The notes under the pieces are model-generated. The model was not told the DNA's origin. It saw only the letters and a program-made list of their open reading frames with translations, and ran no database searches. Made by a program: the position numbers and the translations under genes. Shown in pieces: positions 51,001-64,000 of a DNA stretch of 64,000 nt. Source of the DNA: Pristiophorus japonicus (taxonomy: Eukaryota); assembly GCF_044704955.1 (NCBI RefSeq), contig NW_027251299.1, positions 806,001-870,000 of the forward strand, written 5' to 3'. Positions within the stretch are counted from its first letter, which is position 1. The number at the start of each line of letters is the position of its first letter.

Positions 51001-52700
51001 TAAATATGGGAACCAAAACTGCACGGAGTATTCCAGGTGTGGCCTCACTTATATCCTGGACAACTGCAGCAAGACCTCCCTGATTTTATACTCCATCCCC
51101 TTTGCAATAAAGGCCAAGATTCGATTGGACTTATTGATCACTTGCTGTACCTGCATGCTAACCTATTGTTTTTCATGCACAAGTACCCCCAGGTCCTGCT
51201 GTACTGCAGTAATTTGCAATCTTTCTCCATTTAAATAATAACTTGCTCTTTGATTTTTTTCTGTCAGAGTGCATAACCTAATATTTTACAACATTATACT
51301 CCTCTGACAAATGTTTGCCTAATCACGCAGCCTGTCTATGTCCTTTTGCAGATTTTGTGTGCTCCTCACACATTGCTTTTCCTCCCATCTTTGTATCGTC
51401 GACAAACTTGGCTATGTTACACTCAGTCCCTTTCTCCAAGTCGTTAATATTGATTGTAAATATTTGGGGACCTAGCACTGATTCCTGCGACACCCCACTT
51501 GTTACTGATTGTCACCCCGAGAATGAACTATGTATCCCTACTCTCTGCTTTCTGTTCTTAAGCCAAACCTCTATCCATGCTAACATATTTCTCCCAACCC
51601 CGTGAACTTTTATCTTGTGCAGTAAACCTTAATGTAGAACCTTGTCAAATGCCTTCTGGAAGTCCAACTACACCACATCAATTTGTTCCCCTTTGTCCAC
51701 TCTGTTCATTACATCCTCAAAGAACTCTCGCAAATTTGTGAAACAAGACTGCCCTTCATAAATCCATGCTGACTCTGCCTGACCGAATTTTGCTTTTCCA
51801 AATGTTCTGCTACTGCTTCTTTAATAATGAACTCCAACATTTTTCCAACCACAGATGTTAGGCTAACTGGTCTATTTATCTGCCTCCTTTTTAAAATTGG
51901 GGCTTTGCATTTGCAGTATTCCACTCTGCTGGGGCCTCTCCAGAATCCGGGGAATTTTGGTAAATTACAACCAATGCATCCACTATCCCTGTCACAACTT
52001 GTCATAAGACGCTAGGATGCAAGCCATCAGGTCCAGGGAATTTATCTGCCTTTAGTCCATTATCTTACTGAGCACCGCCTCCTTAATGATTGTGATTGTG
52101 TTAAGTTCCTCGCCCACTTACAGCCCATTGACGATCCACTGTTGGAATATCTTTAGTGTCTCTACCCTAAAGACTGATACAATATATTTGTTCAGCGTTC
52201 TGCCATCTCCATGTTCCCAATTACTAATTCCATAGTCTCGTCCTCGAAGGGACCAACATTTACTCCAATCACTTTTTTACTTTTTATATACCTACAGAAA
52301 ATCTTGCGATCTGTTTTTATATTTCGTGCCAGTTTACTTTCATACTCCATCTTCCCTTTCTAAATCATTTTTTTCGTCATGCTTCGATGGCTTTTTAACG
52401 CTTCCAAATCTTCTGTCCTCCCATTAGTTTTGGCCAGTTAGCGCTTGTTTTTAATTGAATACTGTCCTTTATTTCCTTAGTTAGCCATGGATTGATATCC
52501 TTTCTCTTACACCCTTTCCTCCTCAACGGAAAATATTTTTCTTGAGTGATCTTTGAGCGATGAGGTAATAAATGGTTATGGGGAGTGATCAGAGAAGTTG
52601 AGCTGAGTCCATGATCAGATCAGCGATGATCTTATTAAAAGGTGGAGCAGGCTCAAGGAGGCCAGGTGGCCTCCTCCTAATCCTATTTCTTCTGTTGTTA
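48075..52700. mobile_element. Mosaic of nested CR1 fragments in both orientations
   Basis: Plus-strand ORF2 pieces at 48500-50200 (DKSPGPDGLHPRVLK, QSQHGFMK); minus-strand pieces at 50300-50550 and 50735-52530 (RPHLEYSVQFW). Confidence 0.85.
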
Positions 52701-52703
52701 TCA

Positions 52704-55700
52704 TTATATTACACTAGGCACTGTCAAAGTTTATATCACACTAGACCCTGTCTCTGTTTATATTACACTAGACCCTGTCTCATTTAACATTACACGAGAC
52801 CATGTCTCTGTTTATATTAGACTGGACCCTTTCTCTGTTTATATTACACTAGACCGTGTCTCTGTTTATATTACAAGAGGCCCTGTTTCTGTTTATATTA
52901 CACTAGACACTGTCTCTGTTTATATTACACTAGACCCCTGCCTCTGTTTACATTACACTAGACTCCGTCTCTGTTTATATTACACTAGACCCTGTCCCTG
53001 TTTATATTACACTAGACACTGTCTCTGTTTATATTACACAAGGCCCTGTCTCTGATTATATTACACTGGACCCTGTCACTGTTTATATTACACTAGACCC
53101 TGTCACTGTTTCTATTACACTAGACATTGTCTCTTTTAATATTACACGAGACCATGTCTCTGTTTATATTGTACTCAGCCCTGTCTCTGTTTATATTACA
53201 CTAGGCCCTGTCTCGATTTACATTACACTAGACCCTGTCTCTATTTATATTAGACTGGACCCTGTCGCTGTTTATATTACACTAGATCCTGTCTCATTTA
53301 ATATTACACAAGACGATGTCTCTGTTTATATTGCACTCGGTCCTGTCTCTATGTATATTACACTAGGCTCTGTCTCGATTTACATTACACTAGACCCTGT
53401 CTCCATTGATATTACACTAGACCCTGTCTCTATTTATATTACACTAGGCCCTGTCTCTGTTGATATTACACTAGACCCTGTCTCTGTTTATATTACACTC
53501 GACCCTTTCTCCGTTTATAAAACACTTGAGCCTGTGTCTGTTTATATTCCACGAGGCACTGATTCTGTTTTAATTACACAAGACCATGTCTCTGTGTTTA
53601 TAATACACTCGACCCTGTCTCTGGTTATATTAGACTGGACCATTTCTCTGTTTATATTACACTAGACCGTGTCACAGTTTATATTACACTAGAACCTGTC
53701 TCTGTTTATAATACACTAGTTCCTGTCTCATTTAATATTACACTAGACGATGTCTCTGTTTATATTGCACTAGGCCCTGTCTATATGTATATTACACGAG
53801 GCCCTGTCTCTGTTTATATTACACTCGACCCGGTCTCGGTTCATATTACACTGGACCCTGTCTCGGTTCATATTACACTGGACCCTGTCTCTGTTTATAT
53901 TACACTCGACCCTGTCTTTGTTTATATTACACTCGGCACTGTCTCTGTTTTTATTACACGAGACCATCTCTCTGTTTATATTGCACGAGACCCTGTCTCT
54001 GTTTATATTACACTGCACCATGTCTCTGTTTATATTACACTAGACCCGGTCTCGGTTCATATTACGCTGGACCCTGTCTCTGTTTATATTACACTAGACC
54101 CTGTCTTTGTTTATAATACACTGGATTCTGTCACTTTTTATATTACACTAGACCCTGTCTCTTTTTATATTACACTAGACCCTATGTCTTTTAGTATTAC
54201 ACGAGACCATGTCTCTGTTTATATTGCACTAGGCCATGTCTCTGTTTATATTACACTAGACCCTGTCTCTGTTTATATTACACCAGACCCTGTCCCTGTT
54301 AATATTACACTACACACTGTCTCTGTTTATATTACACTAGACCATGTCTCTGTTTATAATACACAAGGCCCTGTCACTGTTTATGTTGCAGTCGACCATG
54401 TCTCTGTTTATATTCCACAACGCACTGTCTATGTAAGTGTTAAACTCGGCACTGTCTCAGTTTTTATTAAACTACGCACTGTCACTGTATATATTACACT
54501 CGACCCTGTCTGTGTTTATATTACACTGGATCCTGTCACTTTTTATATTACACTAGACACTGTATCTGTTTATATTGCACTGGACCCTGTCTCTGTTTAT
54601 ATTACTCTCGACCCTTTCTCCGTTTATAAAACACTTGAGCCTGTCTCTGTTTATATTACACTATGCACTGTTTCTGTTTTGATTAAACGAGAACATTTCT
54701 GTGTATATTACACTAGACCCTGTCTCTGTTTATATTAGACTGGACCATTTCTCTGTTTATATTACACTAGACCCTGTCTCTGTTTATATTACACTAGATC
54801 CTGTCTAATTTAATATTACACTAGACGATGTCTCTAGTTTATATTGCACTAGGCCCTGTCTATATGTATATTACACGAGGCCCTGTCTCTGTTTATATTA
54901 CACTAGACCCGGTCTCGGTTCATATTACACTAGACCCGGTCTCGGTTCATATTACACTGGACCCTGTCTCTGTTCACATTACACTCGACCCTGTCTTTGT
55001 TTATATTACACTAGGCACTGTCTCTGTTTTTATTACACGAGACCATCTCTCTGTTTATATTACACGAGACCCTGTCTCTGTTTATATTACACTACACCAT
55101 GTCTCTATTTATATTACACTAGACCCGGTCTCGGTTCATATTACACTGGACCCCGTCTCACTTTATATTACACTAGACCCTGTCTTTGTTTATATTACAC
55201 TGGATCCTGTCACTTTTTATATTACACTAGACCCTGTCTCTTTTTATATTACACTAGACCCTATCTCTTTTAATATTATACGAGACCATGTCTCTGTTTA
55301 TATTGCACTTGGCCATGTCTCTGTTTATATTACACTAGACCCTGTCCCTGTTTATATTACACCAGACCCTGTCCCTGTTAATATTACACTACACACTGTC
55401 TCTGTTTATATTACACTAGACCATGTCTCTGTTTTGATTTCGCAAGGCCCTATCACTGTTTATGTTGCAGTCGACCATGTCTCTGTTTATATTCCACTAC
55501 GCACTGTCTTTGTAAATGTTAAACTCGACACTGTCTCAGTTTTTTATTAAACTATACACTGTCATTGTATATATTACACTAGACCCTGTCTTTGTTTATA
55601 TTACACTGGATCCTGTCACTTTTTATATTACACTAGACACTGTATCTGTTTATATTGCACTAGACCCTGTCTCTGTTTATATTACTCTCGACCCTTTCTC

Positions 55701-58700
55701 CATTTATAAAACACTTGAGCCTGTCTCTGTTTATATTACACTATGCACTGTTTCTGTTTTGATCAAACGAGAACATTTCTGTGTATATTACACTAGACCC
55801 TGTCTCTGTTTATATTAGACTGGACCATTTCTCTGTTTATATTACACTAGACCCTGTCTCTGTTTATATTACGCGAGACCCTGTCTCTTTTTATATTGCA
55901 CAAGGCCCTGTCTCTGTTTGTGTTGCAGTAGACCATGTCTCTGTTTATATTCCACTGCGGCCTGTCTTTGTAAATGTTACACTAGACACTATCTCTGTTT
56001 AAATTACCCTATGCCCTGGCACAGTTTATATTACACTAGACATTGAGTCTGTTGATATTACACTCGACCCTGTCTCTGTTTATATTAGACTAGACCTTGT
56101 CTCTGTTTACATTACACCAGACACTGTCCCTGTTTATATTATACGAGACACTATCTCTGTAAATGTTACACTAGACCATTTCTCCGTTTATATTACATTA
56201 GGCCCTGTCTCTGTTTATATTACACTAGGCATTTTCACTGTTTATATTACACTAGACCCTGTCTCTGTTTATATTACACTGGACCCTGTCACTGTTTATA
56301 TTACACTAGACCCTGTCTCTTTTTATATTACACTAGACCCTATCTCTTTTAATATTACACGAGACTATGTCTCTGTTTATATTGCACTCGGCCATGTCTC
56401 TATTTATATTACACTCGACCCTGCCTCTGTTTCTATTGCACGAGAACCTGTCTCTGTTTATATTACACTCGGCCCTTTCTGTGTTTATATTACACCAGAA
56501 CCTGTATCTGTTTATATTACACTCGACCCTGTCCCTATTTATATTACACTAGAGCCTAGCTCTGTGTATATTACACTCGAACCTGTCTCTGTTTATATTA
56601 GATCAGACCCTGTCCCTGTTTATATTACACTAGACACTGCCTCAGTTTATATTACACTAGACCCTGTCTCTGTTGATATTACACTCGACCCTGCCTCTGT
56701 TTATATTACACTAGTCCCTGTCTCTTTTTACATTACACCAGGCCCTGTCCCTGTTTATATTGCACTAGACCCTGTCTCTGTTTGTATTACACTAGACCCT
56801 GTCTCTGTTTATATTACATTAGATCCTGTCTCTGTTTATATTACACAAGGCCCTGTCTCTGTTTATGTTACATTTAGCCCTGTCTCTGTCTATTATAACC
56901 TAGGCCCTGGCACAGTTTATATTACACTCGACCCTGTCTCTGTTTATATTACACTAGTCCCTGTCTCTGTTTACATTACACCAGACGCGGTGCCTGTTTA
57001 TATTACACTGGACACTATCTCTGTAAATGTTACACTAGACCCTTTTTCTCTTTATATTACACTAGGCCCTGTCTTTGTTTATATTACACTAGGCACTGTC
57101 TCTGTTTTTATTACACTCGACCCTGTTCTCTTTATATTAGACTGGACCCTTCTCACTTTATATTACACTAGACCCTGTCTCTGTTTATATTACACTAGAC
57201 CTGTCTCTGTTTATGTTACACCAGATCCTGTCCCCGTTTACATTACACTAGACCCTGTCTCTGTTTATATTACACCAGACCCTGTCCCTGTTTATATTAC
57301 ACTAGACACTATCTCTGTAAATGTTACACTAAACCCTTGCTCTGTTTATATTACACTCGTCCTGTTTCCATTTAAATTACACTCAAAACTGTCTCTGTTT
57401 ATATTACACTGCACCCTGTTTCTGTTTATATTACACTAGACCTGTCTCTGTTTATATTATACCAGACCCTGTCCATGTTTATATTACACTAGACACTGTC
57501 TCTTTTTATATTACGCTAGACTCTGTCTCTTTTTATATTGCACAAGGCCCTGTCTCTGTTTGTGTTGCAGTAGACCATGTCTCTGTTTATATTCCACTGC
57601 GGCCTGTCTTTGTAAATGTTACACTGGACCCTGTCTCTGTTTATATTACCCGAGGCCCTGTTCCTGTTTATATTACACTAGACAATATCTCTGTAAATGT
57701 TACACGAGCCCTTGCTCTGTTTATATTACACTAGGCCCTGTCTCTGTTTATATTACAGTTGGCCCTGTCTCTGTTTATATTAAACTAGACCCTGTCATTT
57801 TTATATTACACAAGACCCTTTCTGTGTTTATATTACATGAGGCCATGTCTCTGGCTATATTACTCTGGGACCTGTCTCTGTTTATATTACACTAGACCCT
57901 GTCTCTGGTTATATTACACTGCGCCCTGTCTCTGTTTATATTATTCTGGGCCCTGTCTCTGTTTATATCGCACCAGACCTTGTCTCTGTTTGTATTACAC
58001 TAGACCCTGTCGCTGTTTATATTACACTCGGCCCTGTCTCTGTTTATATTACACTAGACCCTGTCCATGTTTATAATGCACGAGACCCTGTTTCTGTTTT
58101 TGTTACACGAGATCCTGTCTCTGTAAATGTTACACTCGAATCTGTCTCTGTTTATATTACACGAGACCCTGTTCCTGTTTATATTACACTAAGCCCTGTC
58201 TCTGTTTATATTTTATAGACCCTGTCTCTGTTTATATTACACTAGACCCTTTCCCTGTTTTATTACACCAGACCCTGTCTCTGTTTAAATTGCACTGGAC
58301 CCTGTCTCTATTTATAATTCACTACACCCTGTCCCTATTGATATTACACCACACCCTGACCCTGTTTATATTACGCTAGACCCTGTCTCTGTTTGTATTA
58401 CAATGGACAGCTTTCTCTGTTTGAAATACACGAGACACTGTCTCTGTTTAGATTACACTCACCCTGTCTCTGTTTGTATTACACTAGACCCTGTCCCTGT
58501 TTATATTACACGAGACACTGTCCCTGTTTATATTACACTAGGCCCTGTCCATATTTATTTTACACTCGAACTTGTCTCTGTTTATTTTACACTACACCCT
58601 ATCTCTGTTTATATTACAAAAGATCCTGTCCCTGTTTCTATTACACTCGACTCTGTCTCTGATTATATACACGAGACAATGTCTCTGTTTATATTACATT

Positions 58701-58950
58701 AGACACTGTCATTGTTTATATTACACTAGACCCTGTCTCTGTTTGTATTACACTAGATCCTGTCTCCCTTTTATGTTGCACTGGGCCATGTATCCATTGC
58801 ACTTCACAAGACAATGTCTGTTTGTGTCAAACGAGGCTCAGTGTGTCTCACTTTCGCCTCGGTCTCAGATAATTTCGTGATAAACTCCCACTCCAGGGAC
58901 TATAACTCAATTTATTGTACAACAGACGCTGCCTCAGTTATTTCTGGACT
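52704..58950 (+). repeat. Large 27-bp satellite array (about 6.2 kb, roughly 230 monomers) with a 1080-bp higher-order repeat
   Basis: Consensus gaccctgtctctgtttatattacacta. Diagnostic variants recur at 54691 and 55771, exactly 1080 = 40 x 27 apart. Confidence 0.97.
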
Positions 58951-59504
58951 TGGCATTGCATCTGTTCGATAGACGGAAGATATATAGACAGATCGATATA
59001 TATTAATGTAAATAAAGATATATATATGTGTGAGTGGGAGGATGCAATAATTTTTGATTGGAACATAAGTTTAGTTTAATAGCTATCAAGATTTGTGTGC
59101 AAGGTCTCCTTGACCTGGTGTTGTGTGGTAATATTTCTGTTGAGAAGATGGGTTGAATGCTGTAACATCTCCCAGAGATGGACTGGGATTGAGTGACAGG
59201 ACTGAAGGGGAGCCATTCACTGCACCGTGCACGACTGAGTGGCACGCTGTGTGTTAAATATCACTCATTCACACTTGTGTTGTCCTGTGCCAATTTCTCC
59301 CAGTTCTTTAATGTTGAGGATTGTGTTTCATGCAGTATTTTCTATTGATCTTTCACATGACCCACTGATTGTGTCAGAGAGCGCATGGAACTGGGACTTT
59401 ACAGCACCGGCAGATGGGTGGCGGCAGGGTCCGAATCTCCGCCAGAACAAAAGATCACATTAAGTTGATAGGAACTGAAGTGAGCACACACAAAGTGTTT
59501 GCTA

Positions 59505-59600
59505 TATGTGTATTTTTGTGTATATGTGTGTGTGTGTGAGAGAGTGTGTGTGTATGTGTGTGTGTGTGAGTGTGTGTATACGTTTGTGTCTCTGTGTGTG
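59505..59600. repeat. (TG)n microsatellite
   Basis: Imperfect tgtgtg runs. Confidence 0.9.
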
Positions 59601-60069
59601 AGTAAGTACAAAACAAATCATTAATAGTGCACACCACAAAGATAAATTATTAGCTTCAACCATTATTTTTCAGCATTTTCTTGTCTTCAACAGCTAATTG
59701 CAGATCGTTTAATCCTTTAACGTTCATTGATAACACATTGTCTTGTTTAGAACGAGATGTCACACTTACCATTCCATTAACAAGGTGGCCATGTCTGTCC
59801 GCAGTATTCAGTGGGAAAGGCGATTAAATCACACCGAGCATAATGAGCAGCCATCCACCAGTCTCTGAGCTTTATTCTCCAGTGATCACCTCAGCATCAC
59901 ACAGAATCCCCTGATGTACACCTGGCGTGTGGGATTATTGGTGCAAGTGATGGTAAAAATGAAACTGCACCTGTACCTGGAATGTGATTAATAAATCTGT
60001 AATTGTCTGACTTATTGATTCTCTCATTACACCGCACCCGGTCACAGATTTTACTGCACTAGACAAAGT

Positions 60070-61265
60070 CTCAGTTCATATGGTTGATGTGGTGGACTTC
60101 CAAAATATGTTTGATAAACTGCCTTGATAATATCCTTGCCAGCATAGTTGAAGCCCATAGCATGAAGGGAATAGTGGAGGCAAGGATATAAAATTGGCTG
60201 CGTGACAGCAACCAGGGAGTAGTGGTGACCAGTTGTTCTTTTCGGACAGGAGGAAGGTACACAGTGCTGTTCTGCAGCGGTTGTTACTAGGAACACTGCT
60301 ATTCTTGATTTATATTCATGACTTAAATTTGGGTGTAAGGGCACAATTCAAAATTTTCAGATGACACATAGCTTGGAAGTATAGAGAACACTGAGAATGA
60401 TAGTGATGACTTCAAGAGGACATATACATGCGGTTGGAATGTGTGGACACATGGCAAATGAAACGGAGAAAGGTGTGACTTGATGCATTGTGGTAGGAAG
60501 AATGTGGAGAGGCAATTTAAATTAAAGGGTACAATTCGAAAGGGGATTCATGAACACAGAGACCTGGGGGTAAATTTGCAAAAATCATTGAAGTTGGCAG
60601 GGCCGGCTGAGAAAGTGGTTAAAAAGATTATGGGATCCTGGGCTTCATAAAGAGAGGAATAGACTACAAAAGAAAGGAAGTTATGATGAACGTTTGTAAA
60701 ACATTGGTTCAGCCTCAACTGGAATATTTTATCCAACTCTAGGCACTGCACTTTAGGAACAATATGAAGGCATTAGAGAGGATTCAGAAACAAATTACAA
60801 GCACGGTTCCAGGGATAAGGTCCGTCGGTTACATGGATAGTCTGGAGAAGCTGGGGTTGTTCTCCTGAGAGCAGAGAAATTGAAATGAGAATTGATAGAG
60901 GAGTTCAGATTCATCAAGGGTCCAGACAGAGTAGCTGGAGAGAAACTGTTCCCATTGGTGGAAAGGTCGAGTACAGAGGACACAGATTTAAGTTGATTAG
61001 TAGAAGAACCAAAGGCGACATGGGGAAAACATTTTTACGCAGCGAGTGGTTAGGATCTGGAATGCACGGCCTGAAAGTGTGGTGGGGACAGATTGAATCG
61101 TGGCATTCCAAAGGTAATTGGTTAAGTGCCTGAAGGAAGAAAATTCACAGGGCCACGGGAAAGGGCGGGGGAGTGGATTGGCTGAAATACTGCTGCAGAG
61201 AGCGCCATGGATTTTATGGGCTGAAAGGGCTCATTTTGTGCTGTCACCGTTCTACAATTCGATAA
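60070..61265 (+). mobile_element. Old CR1 fragment (unit C)
   Basis: Colinear with 30810-31985. Confidence 0.8.
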
Positions 61266-61324
61266 TACAACAGAGCCTGTCTCAGTTATTACTATATTAG
61301 ACCCTCCTCCAGTTTATATTACCC

Positions 61325-61745
61325 CATCCACCACGTACAATATTTACTCCCTCCACCACCGGCGCACCATGTCTGTGGGGATTACGATCCACAAGATGCA
61401 TTGCAGCAACTCGCGAAGACATCTTCGGCAGCACCTCCTAAACCTGCGACCTCTTCCACCTAGAAGGACAAGGGCAGCAGGTTCATGGGAACACCATCAC
61501 CTCCATGTCCGCCTCTAAATCACACACCATGCTGACTTGGAAATTTATCAGCATTCCTTCATAGTCGCTGGATCAAATTCATGGCACCCCTTCCCTAACA
61601 GTGTGGGAGTCCCTTTATCACACGGTCTGCAGCGGTTCTAGGTGGCAGCTCACCACCTGCTTTCCAAGAGCAATTCGGGAAAGTCAGTCAATGTTGGTCT
61701 AGTAACCTAGACCCACACCCACATGTCAGGAACCAATTAAACAAT
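61325..61745 (+). mobile_element. 3' end of a second non-LTR retrotransposon family (partly deleted paralog at 32040-32250)
   Basis: SLHHRRT...HKMHCSNS...-type LINE C-terminal coding remnant; family not identified. Confidence 0.5.
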
Positions 61746-61934
61746 GTCCCTGTGTCAGTAATTATTTCACTGGGCCCTGCAACAGTTATTACTGCACTAG
61801 AACTACTAATATTGTTGTAGCCCCTGTCTCAGATATTACTGGAATATGCCATGCCTTTGTTTCTATTACACAAGTCCCTGTCTCTGTTTATATTAAGCTA
61901 GACCCTGCTTCAGTTGTTACTGCATTAAACCCTG

Positions 61935-62125
61935 CAACTCCCGGGGCAGGTACAGCATGTGTCAGATTCAGAGTAAATCTCCCTCTCCACTGCTCCATCA
62001 AACACCCCAAGGGAGGTACAGCGTGGGTTAGATTCATTGAAAAGTTACCAATACATTGTCACATCAAACACTCCCAGATCATTTAATGCACAGGTCATAT
62101 TTTGGATTAAAGCTCCCTCTGCGTA
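61935..62125. repeat. 67-bp tandem repeat, about 3 units
   Basis: Same unit as 7945-8700. Confidence 0.78.
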
Positions 62126-62919
62126 CTCCAATCAATTTGGTTCGAGACATATCATTAGGGCTCAAGGAAAACATTTGTTAGATGTTAACATCTAGTTGGG
62201 GGGGAATGACAATTATCCATTCTTGAGAGACAAGAATGAAAGTGGAAATAGGAGAGGGAGAGGATACAGGAACTCCTCACTGACACATTTGTTATGTCAT
62301 GATATACGGTGACTAGAATCTTATGCCATTCTGACCGTGGTTATCATCTTTACTTTATTCTCCTATAATTTAGAGAAATATACCAAAAAACAATTGTTGC
62401 TGGAATCTGCATTTCTTTCTCTGTTTATTTCTCTGCTGTGTTGGTGGGGAAACATTTATTGTGTTTCTGTCGCTCAATACTCTAATCTGGGTGTTCTATT
62501 TCTGTGTTTATTTACATAAACGTCACACCGGTTTACATGAAGTGTTCATGACAGCAAAATCAGATCAACACAGGCACTTATTGATTCGTTTCAACTCACA
62601 ACAAGATTTATTTTAAGAATATTGACAGTTGGAACAACATTAATGGAAATATCTTGAACAGTGACTTTGGCATGACTTTTATTCAATTAGAACAGATGTG
62701 ATTTATATCAAAGGGAACAAATATTAAATTTAAAAATTCAGTTCTGAAAGTTCTGCTGCCAAACAGGCTGCTATTCCACTGGATCTCCCTTGAGTGGAAG
62801 ATTTAACCCACTGAAAGTAAACAAGTTAAACCAGTGTCCAGAGGAGTTCTTACAATTGACTGATGTGTGAGCTTTTCACATATCGCAACTTGTATTTTCA
62901 AATGTTGACATTTAGAAAC

Positions 62920-63370
62920 ATCTTGTATTAATATAGCACCTTTTATGATCTCATGATGTCCCAAAGTGCTTTACAGCCAATGAATTACTTTGGATGTGTG
63001 ATCACTGATGTAATGTAGGAAATGTGACAGCCAAATTGTACACAGCACGATCCCACAAACAATCAATGAAATAATGATCAGATAATTTGTTTCTCAGATG
63101 TTGTTTGAGGGATAAATATTTGACCTGGATTCCCTGGAGAACTCCTCTGCTCTTTAAGATAGTGCCATGAGTCCTCCAAATCCAACTGAGTGGGAAGATG
63201 GGACCTCAGTTTAATGTCTGCCCCAAAAGACGGCACCTCTGACCGTGCAGCACTCCCTCAGTACTGGCATCGGATGTGTCGCCATAGATTATGAGCTTAG
63301 TTCTCTGGATTGGGGTTTAGTATCTGTGACCTGTGTCAGAGAATAGAGCGATCCCACTGAGCCGAGGCTT
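62920..63370 (-). mobile_element. DeuSINE (SacSINE1-like) copy in unit C
   Basis: Colinear with 33795-34250. Confidence 0.7.
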
Positions 63371-64000
63371 GAACATATCACAACTTGTATTTTAAAATGT
63401 CGCCATTCAGCTCATCGTGTCTGAAGTTCAGGGACGGAGCCCAGTCTTACACCGATCTGTTAAATTATCAGGGGCGAGTTCTCTTCTCTTGCATGAGATG
63501 TCATTCCCACGCTGGGATTTCCACCGCGTCCATATAAAAGTGTCAGCGATTCCACAAGGAACCTCTGGAAGTGTCTCAGGCAGCAGGACTCACGGAACTT
63601 GAGTTTTACACTGTGTGAGCTGCACCATCAGAGCAGCTGGAAGCTGGGACTGTTCTCCTTAGAGCCCAGCAGGTTATGGGCCACTGAATCGAGATGTTCA
63701 AAATCATGAGGAGATTTGATCGGGTAAATTGGGAGAAAATTCATCGCTCCCTCCCACCATCTCTACCGCGCTCAATCCGTCTCTCCTTCCCTCCCTCCCT
63801 TCATCCCTCACTCCAATCCTGCTGACCTCCATACATCCATCCATCCCTCCATCAATCGCTGCCCCCTGCACTATCCCTCCCTCTCTGCGTCCATCCCTCC
63901 ACACCTCCATTACTCTACCCCTCCCTTGCTCCACTCCTCCCTCCCTCCATCCCTCCCTCAGCCCAAGCGGTTCTTATTTTTTCCGATCATCGTTGAGGAT

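Noticed and set aside
53351-58880. Long ORFs of (DPVSVYITL)n or (TRPCLCLYY)n, up to 317 aa
   Set aside because: These are artefacts of a stop-free 27-bp satellite monomer; frames shift freely and there is no gene structure.
52704-58950. CRISPR-like appearance of the regular repeats (also the 67-bp arrays)
   Set aside because: The units are head-to-tail with no unique spacers, there are no cas genes, and the context is vertebrate.
14000-64000. Additional V, D, J or C segments upstream of the cluster
   Set aside because: I saw no YYC-plus-RSS, WGxG or C1-set motif in the ORF track or by eye, consistent with one V per cluster; highly decayed relics cannot be excluded without a search.

Overview
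Eukaryotic, repeat-rich DNA from a cartilaginous fish, most likely a shark; the species cannot be fixed from sequence alone. The first 14 kb hold most of one unrearranged, cluster-type immunoglobulin heavy-chain minilocus on the minus strand: leader, VH(23-RSS), D1(12/22), D2(12/12), JH(23), a 7.6 kb intron, then Cmu1, Cmu2 and Cmu3. Reading frames and GT-AG splice sites are intact. Cmu4 and the secretory/TM exons would lie before base 1. The constant and J segments are clearly IgM-type, but the leader and V exon look like the IgW V family, so this may be a germline IgW-V/IgM-C chimeric cluster, the main finding. I found no further Ig segment in the remaining 50 kb upstream of V. That region is a mosaic of CR1 LINEs, an RTE LINE, DeuSINE-like SINEs, a PIF/Harbinger transposon with TIRs, a Gypsy LTR element, a 27-bp satellite (with a 1080-bp higher-order repeat), a 67-bp tandem repeat, and three diverged copies of a multi-kb segmental duplication. 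Repeat boundaries are approximate. Family assignments come from recalled motifs, not database searches.
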